The notes under the pieces: model-generated
Seen by the model: only the letters and a program-made list of their open reading frames with translations
The model's database searches: none
Told to the model about the DNA's origin: nothing
Part shown: positions 9,158-17,652 of the stretch, one piece after another
Layout: each line of letters opens with the position of its first letter
Numbering within the stretch: the stretch's first letter is position 1
Position numbers and translations under genes: made by a program
Assembly: GCA_035651575.1 (NCBI GenBank)
Contig: DASRFM010000055.1
Location: 3,687-67,686, forward strand
Reading direction: 5' to 3'
Length of the DNA: 64,000 bases
DNA from: Burkholderiales bacterium
GTDB lineage: Bacteria; Pseudomonadota; Gammaproteobacteria; Burkholderiales; SG8-39

Positions 9158-9760
9158 TCAGTTGAGCGGTTTCAGGATCTCCATGCCGCGCTGCACCGCC
9201 GGCCGCGCGGCAATCGTGTCGGTCCAGCGCTTCACGGCCGGATAGTCCTCGAGCGCGATGCCGAAATTGAAATGGCGCATCACCCAGGGGTAGGTGGCGA
9301 TGTCGGCGATGGAGTAGGGGCCGGCCAGGAACTCGCTTCGCTTCAACTCGTTTTCCATGACCGTGAAAAGGCGTGCCGCCTCCTTCTCATACCGCTCGAT
9401 GGCATAGGGCAGCTTTTCCTTCGCAAGCAGGCGGAAGTGATGCGCCTGGCCGAGCATCGGCCCGACGTGCGACATCTGGAACATGAGCCACTGCAGCACC
9501 GGGTAGCGCCGCTCCGCCGGGAGGAGCTTGCCGCTCTTCTCCGCGAGGTAGATGAGGATCGCGCCGGACTCGGCGAGCGCGAGGCCGCCGTCGACGATCG
9601 CGGGAATCTTCTGGTTGGGGCTGATCGCGGTGAACTGCGGCGTGAACTGCTCGCCCTTCGCGATGTCGACCTTCACCACCTCGTAGGGAAGGCCGGCCTC
9701 CTCGAGCATCACGGACACCTTCCGCCCGTTCGGCGTGTGCCAGGCGTAGAGCTTGATCAC
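9158..9760 (-). CDS. Glutathione S-transferase, YfcG-like (Nu-class, disulfide-bond reductase type)
   Basis: 200-aa ORF that aligns by eye along its length with E. coli YfcG (NQKIPAIVD, ESGAILIYLAEK, LQWLMFQ..GPMLGQAHHF, PYAIERY, SIADIATYPWV). Confidence 0.85.
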   Translation of the reverse strand: MIKLYAWHTPNGRKVSVMLEEAGLPYEVVKVDIAKGEQFTPQFTAISPNQKIPAIVDGGLALAESGAILIYLAEKSGKLLPAERRYPVLQWLMFQMSHVGPMLGQAHHFRLLAKEKLPYAIERYEKEAARLFTVMENELKRSEFLAGPYSIADIATYPWVMRHFNFGIALEDYPAVKRWTDTIAARPAVQRGMEILKPLN

Positions 9761-9761
9761 C

Positions 9762-10721
9762 TCAGTCCGCCCGCGCCCCGGAGAGCTCGATCAGCTTGTG
9801 CATCTTCTCCGACTCCGCCGCGACGTAGCGCGCAAACTCCTCGGGCGAGTCCGCCACCGCGGTCAGGCCGAGGCTCTCGAGGCGCGCCGCGATCGCAGGG
9901 GTGCGCAGCGCGCGGGCGATCTCGGAGTTCAGCTTGTGGACCACGGCGCCCGGCACGCCCGCTGCCACCGCGAACCCGAAGTAGACGCCGATCTCGAACC
10001 CGGGCAGCCCGGCTTCCGCCGCGGTCGGGATCTCGGGCGCCTGCGGGTGGCGGCTCTTCGCCGTGACCGCGAGGGCGCGCAGCCGGCCGGCCCGCACGTA
10101 GGTGATGGCGTTCGGAAAGTTGTCGCACATGAACGGGACTCGCCCGGCGAGGACGTCCTGCATCGCCGGCGCCGGGCCCTTGTAGGGCACGTGCAGCAAG
10201 TGGATGCCGGCGATGGAATTGAGCATCTCGCCGCACAGGTGGCTGCTCGTGCCGCTGCCGCCCGAAGCGAAGCTCAGCGCCTCGGGCTTCGACTTCGCGA
10301 GCGCGATGAGCTCGGCGAGGCTGGAGACCTGAAGGCTCGGGTTCACGGCCATGATGTTCGGCGTGATCGCCGCGTCGATGACCGGGGTGAGGTCCTTTTG
10401 CGGATCGAAGGTCATCTCCTTGTAGAGCCATTTGTTCGTCGACAGCACGGGCGTCGGCGCGCTGAGGAGCGTGTGGCCGCTCGTCTCCCCTTTCGCGACG
10501 TAGGCGGCGCCGACGTTGCCGGCGGCGCCGGGGCGGTTCTCGACGACGACCGGAACACCCATGGATTGCGACATCAGCGGCGCGAGCGCGCGCGGCAGCA
10601 GGTCGGAGGTGCTGCCGGGAGGATAGGGAACGACGATGGTGATCTGGCGGGACGGGAACGCCTGCGCGAGCGCGAGGCCCGGCACGAGCGCGAGAAATGT
10701 CAGCAAGGCTTTCAGTCGCAT
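9762..10721 (-). CDS. Bug/TctC-family substrate-binding protein
   Basis: 319-aa ORF MRLKALLTFLALVPGLALAQAFPSRQITIVVPYPPGSTSD... with a signal peptide and the Bug fold signature. It overlaps the upstream monooxygenase gene by 10 nt. Confidence 0.9.
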   Translation of the reverse strand: MRLKALLTFLALVPGLALAQAFPSRQITIVVPYPPGSTSDLLPRALAPLMSQSMGVPVVVENRPGAAGNVGAAYVAKGETSGHTLLSAPTPVLSTNKWLYKEMTFDPQKDLTPVIDAAITPNIMAVNPSLQVSSLAELIALAKSKPEALSFASGGSGTSSHLCGEMLNSIAGIHLLHVPYKGPAPAMQDVLAGRVPFMCDNFPNAITYVRAGRLRALAVTAKSRHPQAPEIPTAAEAGLPGFEIGVYFGFAVAAGVPGAVVHKLNSEIARALRTPAIAARLESLGLTAVADSPEEFARYVAAESEKMHKLIELSGARAD

Positions 10722-11881
10722 GCAGTCCTCCTCAGGCTGGCGATCATGGATATTTTCAGCAGGTATTCTCGCGCGAGCGCGGGGTCGGCAGCGATGCGCG
10801 TCATGGTTTCGCGCCAGCGCCGCTGCTCCTCGGGGTCGCGCGTCTCCAGGTTGCGCTTGTTGGCCGTGGAAATGCTGTTGACGTACTCCAGCGCCACGGG
10901 GCGCCTTTCCCGCTCATAGTCCTCGAGAATTTCCGGCGAGGCGCCGGCGCGCAGGACCTGAACGAGTTTCTCCGCCAGGTTGAACGCGTCGTGGATGCCG
11001 CCGTTCATGCCCATGCCGCCGAGCGGATTGTTGAGGTGCGCCGCATCGCCGGCGAGGAAGCAGCGCCCCTCGCGATAGGCCTTGGCGACGCGCTGGTGCA
11101 CCGGATAGAGGGTGCGGTGGCGGATTTCGTAGCGCTCCCGCTTCGCGTAGACGCGCTGCAGGCGCGCTTCGATGGAGTCGTCCGACAGGATCTCGGCGTC
11201 CTTCTCCTCCGGGCGCGTCGGGAACATCACCCGCCAGACCTGCGGCACGCGCAGGAGGAAGAACCACTCCTGCGGGTCGGCGAAATAGCTGACGTCGCAG
11301 AGGTCGGGCAGGACCCGCGCGAAGTCGAACTCGGTGCTCGCGACGAGGAAGCGCTCGGGCCAGGTGAAGCCCTCGAGCGCGATGCCGAGCGCCTCGCGCA
11401 CGCGGCTGCGGCCGCCGTCGGCGCCGATCAGCCACCCGGCGCGCAGCTTCTCGCTGCCGTTGACCGTCACCGTGACGCCGTCGCCGTCCTGCGCGACGTC
11501 CGTCACTGCCGAGGAGAAGCGCACGGTCCCCGGCGGCAGCCACTCGGCCAGCACGCGGTTCAGCTTGAACTGCTCGCATTGCAGGCGGTAGGGATGGCGC
11601 GTGTCGGCGGCGATCGCGCCGAAGTCGAATTCCGCCCTCCAGCCGGCGCGGTCGCGGTACTGCAGGCGCGGCGCGATGCGGCCCATCTCGATCAGCCGCG
11701 CGCTGGCGCCGAAGCGCGCGAGCAGGTCGAGCGTCGGCGGCTGGAAGGTCGAGGCGCGCAGGTTCTCCGGCAGCGCGGGCTCGGCCTCGAGCACCGCGAC
11801 CGCGATCCCGGCCTGCGCCAGCACGGCGGCGGCCGACAGGCCCACCGGCCCCGCGCCGGCGATCAGCACCTCGGGCTTCAT
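10712..11881 (-). CDS. FAD-dependent aromatic-ring monooxygenase (UbiH/PheA group A flavoprotein family)
   Basis: 389-aa ORF. GxGxxG MKPEVLIAGAGPVGLSAA; DG motif LIGADGGRSRVR; C-terminal FAD motif FLAGDAAHLNNPLGGMGMNGGIHDA. Confidence 0.9.
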   Translation of the reverse strand: MKPEVLIAGAGPVGLSAAAVLAQAGIAVAVLEAEPALPENLRASTFQPPTLDLLARFGASARLIEMGRIAPRLQYRDRAGWRAEFDFGAIAADTRHPYRLQCEQFKLNRVLAEWLPPGTVRFSSAVTDVAQDGDGVTVTVNGSEKLRAGWLIGADGGRSRVREALGIALEGFTWPERFLVASTEFDFARVLPDLCDVSYFADPQEWFFLLRVPQVWRVMFPTRPEEKDAEILSDDSIEARLQRVYAKRERYEIRHRTLYPVHQRVAKAYREGRCFLAGDAAHLNNPLGGMGMNGGIHDAFNLAEKLVQVLRAGASPEILEDYERERRPVALEYVNSISTANKRNLETRDPEEQRRWRETMTRIAADPALAREYLLKISMIASLRRTACD

Positions 11882-11900
11882 TCCTTTGGAGGAAAGCTAA

Positions 11901-11933
11901 TTGACAAAGATAATTCTCCGGCCGAGAATTTTC
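11901..11933 (+). promoter_or_regulatory. Putative sigma-70 promoter with an overlapping MarR operator for the 11941..18701 operon
   Basis: TTGACA at 11901-11906, a 17-nt spacer, then GAGAAT at 11924-11929. An imperfect 10-bp inverted repeat GATAATTCTC-CGGCC-GAGAATTTTC (11909-11933) spans the spacer and the -10, in the divergent intergenic region next to the MarR gene. Confidence 0.45.
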
Positions 11934-11940
11934 GCCGTCA

Positions 11941-12480
11941 ATGGCCAAGCCCCGCAAGCGGCCCGCCGTGCCGCTCACCGTTTCGCGCGCCGCGCTGCTC
12001 GCCGGCGGGACCGACGCCGAGTTCCGCAGCCTGATCCACGACCTCATCGCCTACGGCCATCGCCTCGACGCCTGCCGCGACGCCTTTGCCGCGATCGCCG
12101 GGGTGTCCGGCGCGCAGTACGAGATCGTGATGCTCCTCAGCCGCACCGAGGGCCTGTCGGTGGGCGAGGTGGCGGCGCGGCTGCACCGCTCCGGCGCCTT
12201 CATCACGGTGGAGGCGAACAAGCTCGTCGAGCGCGGCATCCTGGAGAAGGCGTCCGACCCGGGCGACGGCCGGCGCGTCCTGCTGCGCTGCACGGCGAAG
12301 AGCGGCGAGCTGCTGCGGCGCCTCGCGCCCTACCAGCAGCGCATCAACGACGTGCTGTTCGAGTCGCTCGACGCGCGGCGCTTCCGCCAGCTGCGCGGGC
12401 TCGCGGGCGAGCTCCTCGCGAGCGGCGATCGGGCCGTGTCCATGCTGGAGTTCCTGCTGCACGAGGCGCAGGCCGCATGA
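11941..12480 (+). CDS. MarR-family transcriptional regulator
   Basis: 179-aa ORF with a winged-helix region: QYEIVMLLSRTEGLSVGEVAARLHRSGAFITVEANKLVERGILEKASDPGDGRRVLL. Confidence 0.85.
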   Translation: MAKPRKRPAVPLTVSRAALLAGGTDAEFRSLIHDLIAYGHRLDACRDAFAAIAGVSGAQYEIVMLLSRTEGLSVGEVAARLHRSGAFITVEANKLVERGILEKASDPGDGRRVLLRCTAKSGELLRRLAPYQQRINDVLFESLDARRFRQLRGLAGELLASGDRAVSMLEFLLHEAQAA

Positions 12481-12821
12481 GCGTCTCCTATTTCGTGCGC
12501 TACGACATCGCCGCGCGCGACCTCGGCGCCTTCCTCGAGTACTACCGCACGCGCCACGTCGCCGTGCTCGCGGGCTGGCCGGGGCTGCAGCGCGTCACGC
12601 TGCACACGCCGGTCGAATGGCGCGACCCGTCGCCGGTGAGCCGCGGCAAGGCCGTGCTCCTCGCCCAGCTCGAATTCGATTCCGTCGCGGCGCTCGACCA
12701 CGCGCTCGCGTCGCCCGAGCGCGCCGCGGCGCGGCGCGACTTCGAGCGCTTCCCGCCGTTCGAAGGCAGCGTCACCCACCAAGCCATGCAGACCACCGAA
12801 GCGTGGAGGAGGCCGTCGTGA
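12477..12821 (+). CDS. EthD-family protein (small dimeric alpha/beta-barrel, putative oxygenase/reductase accessory)
   Basis: This is the C-terminal 114 aa of track ORF 11901..12821. The ATG at 12477 overlaps the MarR stop (ATGA). Sequence MSVSYFVRYDI...YYRTRHVAVLAGWPGLQRVTLHTP... is typical of EthD domain proteins. Confidence 0.65.
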   Translation: MSVSYFVRYDIAARDLGAFLEYYRTRHVAVLAGWPGLQRVTLHTPVEWRDPSPVSRGKAVLLAQLEFDSVAALDHALASPERAAARRDFERFPPFEGSVTHQAMQTTEAWRRPS

Positions 12822-13204
12822 AACCGAAATCCCACCTGGAGTTCGTCAAGGTCGACATGAAGGACGGCTGGGAGCGCCCGCCGGGCTATCCGCCGGGCTT
12901 CTTCCAGAAGGTGCTCGCCTCGGACCTCGACGAGGTGAAAAAGCGCGGCTCCCGCACGCGGCTCCTGCGCATCGAGCCGGGCGCGTTCTCGACCGAGCCG
13001 TTCGTGCATGACCACTGGGAAGAGGTCTACGTGGTGAAGGGCGATCTCGTCGTGGGCAACGACAAGCAGGGCAAGGGCGGAGAGCAGTGCCACGCCGACA
13101 CGTACGCGTGCCGGCCGCCGGGCGTGCATCATGGGCCGTTCACGTCCAGGGGCGGCTGCGTTCTGTACGAGATCCACTACTACGAGACCAGCGGCAAAAA
13201 ATAG
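12818..13204 (+). CDS. Cupin-domain protein
   Basis: The GTG at 12818 overlaps the EthD stop (GTGA). The 128-aa product contains FVHDHWEEVYVVKGDL...PPGVHHGPF, a cupin metal-binding-type motif pair. Confidence 0.7.
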   Translation: MKPKSHLEFVKVDMKDGWERPPGYPPGFFQKVLASDLDEVKKRGSRTRLLRIEPGAFSTEPFVHDHWEEVYVVKGDLVVGNDKQGKGGEQCHADTYACRPPGVHHGPFTSRGGCVLYEIHYYETSGKK

Positions 13205-13213
13205 GAGACGGCC

Positions 13214-14677
13214 ATGCTGAAAAGCGGAGCCGAGCACCTCAAGCAGATCCGCGACGGCCGCGTGGTCTACATCGGCGCGGAGCGCATCGACGACGTCACG
13301 ACGCATCCCGCGTTCCGCAACGCCGCGCGCACCGTGGCGGCCATGTACGACATGAAGCTCGCGAACAAGGAGGCGATGAGCTTCGAGGAGAAGGGCGAGC
13401 GCCACTCCATCTACTTCCTGCAGCCCAGGACGCGCGAGGACCTCGCGCGGCGCACGCGCGGCCACAAGATGATCGCGGACGTGACCTACGGCATGTTCGG
13501 CCGCTCGCCCGACCACGTCGCGAGCTTCGTCACCGGGATGGCGATGAAGCCCGAGGAGCTCAAGGCGCCGTTCGGCTTCCCGCAGCATCTGCTGAACTAC
13601 TATTCCGACATAAAAGCGCGCGACGCCTACGTCGTCTACGCGGTCCTGCCGCCGCAGGCGGCGCGCAATCCCGACTTCTACCAGCGGCAGAACCTGCCGA
13701 TCCCGACGCTCTCGGTGGTGCGCGAAGACGACGACGGCGTCGTCCTCTCGGGCATGAAGATGCTCGCGACCGGCGCGGTGTTCGCCAACGACATCTGGAT
13801 CGGCAACGTCCTGCCGCTCGCCGCGGACCAGAAGAAGCAGGCGATCACCTGCGCCATCCCGGCGAACGTGAAGGGGCTCACGCTCTGGTCGAGGAAGCCT
13901 TTCGAGCGCCACTGCACCTCGGAGTTCGACTCGCCGCTCGCCTACCGCTACGACGAGAGCGACAGCATGGTGATGTGCGACGAGGTCAAGGTGCCCTGGG
14001 AACGCGTCTTCGTCCACGACGACGCGCTCCTGTCGCGCGACATCTACGTGAAGACGCCGAGCCACTGCTTCGGCAACCACCAGTCGAACGTGCGCTACTG
14101 GGCGAAGATGGGGCTGCTGCTCGGCCTGTGCAGCAAGGTCGCGCAGTCCACCGGCGCCGCCGAGGTGCCCGCGGTGCGCGAGGTGCTCGGCCACATGTCC
14201 GCGGTGGAGGGCATGATCGCGGGCATGGTCCACGGCCAGATCGAGGCGCACGAGCGCTGGCCGGAGGGCTACGTCTGCTTCAACCGCCGCATGATGTACG
14301 CGGCGCTGGAGTGGTGCACGCAGAACTATGCCGGCTTCGTCGACAAGCTGCGCGAGCTCTGCGGCGGCGGCGTCTTCCAGATGCCCGCCGACATCTCGGT
14401 GATGCAGGACGCCGCTCTCGCGCAGCAGTTCACCGCGTTCTTCCAGACGCCGACCAGCTCGGCGGTGGAGCGCATGAAGCTCTTCAAGCTCGCCTGGGAG
14501 CTGGTGGGCTCCGAGTTCGCCGGCCGGCACCTGCAGTACGAGAAGTTCTACGCCGGCGCGCCGTTCATCGTGCGCAACCACGCCTACCGCGAGACGCCGT
14601 GGAAGCACTTCGACGGCCTCGTGGACCAGCTGCTCGCCACCTACGACATTCCCGCGAAGGAGCGCAAAGTTGCGTAG
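13214..14677 (+). CDS. 4-hydroxyphenylacetate 3-monooxygenase oxygenase-component family protein (HpaB-like, two-component flavin-dependent)
   Basis: 487-aa ORF. N-terminus MLKSGAEHLKQIRDGRVVYIGAERIDDVTTHPAFRNAARTVAAMYD and the later blocks (FGRSPDH, KMLATGAVFANDIWIG, YEKFYAG) resemble the HpaB/4-hydroxybutyryl-CoA dehydratase fold family. Confidence 0.85.
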   Translation: MLKSGAEHLKQIRDGRVVYIGAERIDDVTTHPAFRNAARTVAAMYDMKLANKEAMSFEEKGERHSIYFLQPRTREDLARRTRGHKMIADVTYGMFGRSPDHVASFVTGMAMKPEELKAPFGFPQHLLNYYSDIKARDAYVVYAVLPPQAARNPDFYQRQNLPIPTLSVVREDDDGVVLSGMKMLATGAVFANDIWIGNVLPLAADQKKQAITCAIPANVKGLTLWSRKPFERHCTSEFDSPLAYRYDESDSMVMCDEVKVPWERVFVHDDALLSRDIYVKTPSHCFGNHQSNVRYWAKMGLLLGLCSKVAQSTGAAEVPAVREVLGHMSAVEGMIAGMVHGQIEAHERWPEGYVCFNRRMMYAALEWCTQNYAGFVDKLRELCGGGVFQMPADISVMQDAALAQQFTAFFQTPTSSAVERMKLFKLAWELVGSEFAGRHLQYEKFYAGAPFIVRNHAYRETPWKHFDGLVDQLLATYDIPAKERKVA

Positions 14678-15617
14678 GTTTGCCCTTCTGCTGCTTTTGC
14701 TTCCCGTGGCTTCCTTCGGGCAGAGCTGGCCTTCCAAGCCCGTGCGCATCATCGTTCCCTACGCGCCGGGCGGCATCACCGATTCTTCGGCGCGGCTCGT
14801 CGCGCCGAAGATCCAGGAGGCGATCGGGCAGCCGGTGCTGGTGGAGAACAAGCTCGGGGCGGGCGGCACCATCGCCACCGACTACGTGGCGAAGTCGCCG
14901 CCCGACGGCTACACGCTGCTCATGGGCTCGGCCGCGCCGCAGACGCTGCTGCAGTTCGTGCAGAAGCTGTCCTATGACGGCCTCAAGGACTTCTCGCCGG
15001 TCACGAACATCAACACGTTCCCGATCGTCCTGATGGTGAACCCGTCGGTGCCTGCGCGCGATGCGAAGGAGCTGATCGCGCTCGCGAGAGCGCAGCCCGG
15101 CAAGCTGAGCTTCGCGGGGGCCGGGGGCCTCACGCAGTTCGCGGGCGAGATCTTCAAGTACATGGCAGGCATCGACATGCTCTACGTGCCCTACAAGGGC
15201 GGCGCGCCGGCGGCCGCCGCGGCCGCGGCCGGCGACGTACAGGTCACCTTCGCCAACTATTCGGACGCGCTTTCGTTCATGAAAAGCGGCAAGCTCAGGC
15301 CGCTCGGCATGACTTCGGCGAAGCGGTTCCCGCAATCGCCGGAAGTGCCTACCATCGCGGAGGCGGCGGTGCCGGGCTACCAGGTCGAGTCCTGGAACGG
15401 CCTTTTCTCGCCGGCCGGGACGCCGCCCGACATCGTCGCGCGCCTCGCGGCGGCGGTCCAGGCGGGGTACCGCGATGGCGTGCTGCGCAAGCGCATGCAG
15501 GACATGGGCGCCGAGCCGGTGGGCGACTCGCCGGTGCAGTTCCGCGCCTTCGTGGAGGCCGAGATGGAGAAGTGGTCGAGCTTCGTGAAGCATTCGGGCA
15601 TCCGGATCGAGCAATGA
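14670..15617 (+). CDS. Bug/TctC-family substrate-binding protein
   Basis: 315-aa ORF MRRFALLLLLLPVASFGQSWPSKPVRIIVPYAPGGITD... It overlaps the HpaB-like gene by 8 nt. Confidence 0.9.
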   Translation: MRRFALLLLLLPVASFGQSWPSKPVRIIVPYAPGGITDSSARLVAPKIQEAIGQPVLVENKLGAGGTIATDYVAKSPPDGYTLLMGSAAPQTLLQFVQKLSYDGLKDFSPVTNINTFPIVLMVNPSVPARDAKELIALARAQPGKLSFAGAGGLTQFAGEIFKYMAGIDMLYVPYKGGAPAAAAAAAGDVQVTFANYSDALSFMKSGKLRPLGMTSAKRFPQSPEVPTIAEAAVPGYQVESWNGLFSPAGTPPDIVARLAAAVQAGYRDGVLRKRMQDMGAEPVGDSPVQFRAFVEAEMEKWSSFVKHSGIRIEQ

Positions 15618-17020
15618 AGCCCGAGACGCCGCCCGCGCTCGACACAAGCTTTCGCGCGGCGCTGGCGCGCATGCGCGCTGCCGGCCGGCTCCGTACGCTC
15701 GGGCGCGAAGCCGATCCGGACCTCGAGATCGCCTCGATCATGAAGAAGCTCGATGGCGCGCACGCGCTCGTCTTCCCGAGCGTCAGGGGGCATGGCGTTC
15801 CGGTGATCGGAAACCTCCTCGGCAGCCAGGCGAACTGCGAGGCGGCGTTCGGCGCCGGGTTCCGGGAAATCCGCGGCTTCGTCGCGCGCGGGCTCGGCAA
15901 CCCGATTCCGCCCGAGCGCGTGAGCCAGGCGCCGTGCCAGGCGCGCGTGCACCGCCAGGGATTCGATATCGGAAAGATGTTCCCGGTGCTGCGGCACACC
16001 GAGGCGGACAGCGGGCGCTTCATCACCGCCGGAATCGCGATCGTCCAGGACCCCGAGACCGGCGTGTACAACGCGTCCTACCACCGGCTGCAGCTCCTCG
16101 GGCCGAACCGCACTGCGGTGAAGCTCGACTATGGCCGCCACCTGCGCGCCGCGTTCGAGCGCGCGCAGCGCATGAAGAAGGACCTCCCGGTCGCATTCGT
16201 GCTCGGCACGGACCTCGCCGTGCAGTACACCGCGGCGACGATGGGCGCGCAGATGCCCGAAAGCGCGGACGAGCTCGCCGTTGCGGGCGGGGTGCGCGGC
16301 AGCCCGCTTCCCGTGGCAAGGTGCGTGACCCAGGATCTGTGGATTCCGGCCGAGAGCGAGATCGTGCTGGAAGGCGTCATGCGCCACGCCGGCACGGTGC
16401 GCGAAGGGCCGTTCGGCGAGTTCATCGGCTACCTCTCTCCGCAGGGCGACGCGCCGGTGTTCGAGATCAGCGCGGTGACGCACCGCGAGCATCCCGTATA
16501 CCCGGCGATCAACGGCTACGGCCGCGAGACGGTGATGCTGCGCAAGTACGTGATGGAGGCGAGCCCCCTCAAGGCGCTGCAGGCCTCCGTGCCCATCATC
16601 CAGGACGCCGAGATGACCGCCGGCGGGCTGCATCGCTTCATCGCGGTGCTGGGCGTGAAGAAGACGAGTCCCCAGCACGACGGCCTGCAGCGCAATGCCA
16701 TCCTCGCCGCCTTCGCGACGCTCAAGGACCTCGACCTCGTCATTGCCGTGGACGACGACATCGACATCCGCGACCCGGTGGACGTGGAGTACGCGCTCGC
16801 GACACGCATGGAGGCCTCGCGCGACGTCTTCGTCATTCCGCAGGCCCGCGGGCACGAGTACGTGCGCGCCGGCGACGGCGGGATCGTGGCAAAGATGGGC
16901 ATCGACGCCACCGTGCCCTTCGAGCAGCGCTCGCGCTTTGCGCGCGTCCGGTTCAAGGATGTCTCCACAACGGAAAAGGACTTCAACAGCGATGTTTCCG
17001 CCATTCCATGGCTGACCTAG
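15614..17020 (+). CDS. UbiD-family (prFMN-dependent) decarboxylase
   Basis: The internal ATG at 15614 of track ORF 15572..17020 overlaps the Bug stop (ATGA). The 468-aa product has UbiD blocks GRFITAGIAIVQDPETGVYNASYHRLQ, PFGEFIGYLS and LVIAVDDDIDIRDPVDVEYALATR. Confidence 0.9.
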   Translation: MKPETPPALDTSFRAALARMRAAGRLRTLGREADPDLEIASIMKKLDGAHALVFPSVRGHGVPVIGNLLGSQANCEAAFGAGFREIRGFVARGLGNPIPPERVSQAPCQARVHRQGFDIGKMFPVLRHTEADSGRFITAGIAIVQDPETGVYNASYHRLQLLGPNRTAVKLDYGRHLRAAFERAQRMKKDLPVAFVLGTDLAVQYTAATMGAQMPESADELAVAGGVRGSPLPVARCVTQDLWIPAESEIVLEGVMRHAGTVREGPFGEFIGYLSPQGDAPVFEISAVTHREHPVYPAINGYGRETVMLRKYVMEASPLKALQASVPIIQDAEMTAGGLHRFIAVLGVKKTSPQHDGLQRNAILAAFATLKDLDLVIAVDDDIDIRDPVDVEYALATRMEASRDVFVIPQARGHEYVRAGDGGIVAKMGIDATVPFEQRSRFARVRFKDVSTTEKDFNSDVSAIPWLT

Positions 17021-17652
17021 GCATCCGCGAGCTGGTCATCGCCGGCTGGACCGGGCGCGACGAGCAGGCGCTGCGCAAGCACATCAAGGAGCTGGAAGAG
17101 GTGGGCGTCAAGCCGCCGAAGACGACGCCCATCTTCTACCGCGTGGCCGCGAGCCTGCTCACGAACGCGGACGAGGTGCAGGTTTCGGGGCCGGATACGA
17201 GCGGCGAGGTCGAATTCGTCCTGCTGCAGAGAGAATCCGGGCTGTTCGTCACGGTCGGTTCCGACCACACCGACCGCAAGGCCGAAACCATCAACGTCTC
17301 GCTCTCCAAGCAGCTTTGCGCGAAGCCGATCGCCCGCGACGCGTGGCGCTACGACGAGGTCAAGGCGCACTGGGAAAAGCTCACGTTGAGATCTTTCATC
17401 ATTGAGAACAGCAAGCGCACGCTGTACCAGGAAGGCCAGGTGAGCGCCATGCGCTCGCCCGAGGACCTGATGCAGAGGTACGGCGGCTCAAGTGGCAACC
17501 TGAGGCCCGGCTTCGCGATGTTCGGCGGCACCTTCGCCGCGAAGGGCGGCATCCGTCCCGCGGAGCGCTTCATCATGGAGCTCGAGGACCCGGTCCTCAA
17601 GCGCAGGATCGCGCACGAGTATGCGATCCGGGTGCTGCCGGTCGAGGGCTAG
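17008..17652 (+). CDS. DUF2848-like protein (function unknown)
   Basis: This is the C-terminal 214 aa of track ORF 15934..17652, from ATG at 17008 (13-nt overlap with UbiD). Sequence MADLGIRELVIAGWTGRDEQALRKHIKELEEVGVKPP...VGSDHTDRK... I recognise this pattern as the DUF2848 family, with moderate certainty. Confidence 0.6.
   Translation: MADLGIRELVIAGWTGRDEQALRKHIKELEEVGVKPPKTTPIFYRVAASLLTNADEVQVSGPDTSGEVEFVLLQRESGLFVTVGSDHTDRKAETINVSLSKQLCAKPIARDAWRYDEVKAHWEKLTLRSFIIENSKRTLYQEGQVSAMRSPEDLMQRYGGSSGNLRPGFAMFGGTFAAKGGIRPAERFIMELEDPVLKRRIAHEYAIRVLPVEG

Noticed and set aside
12542-14752. 736-aa minus-strand ORF opposite the cupin and HpaB-like genes
   Set aside because: Antisense shadow. The plus strand carries coherent family signatures and coupled start/stop junctions.
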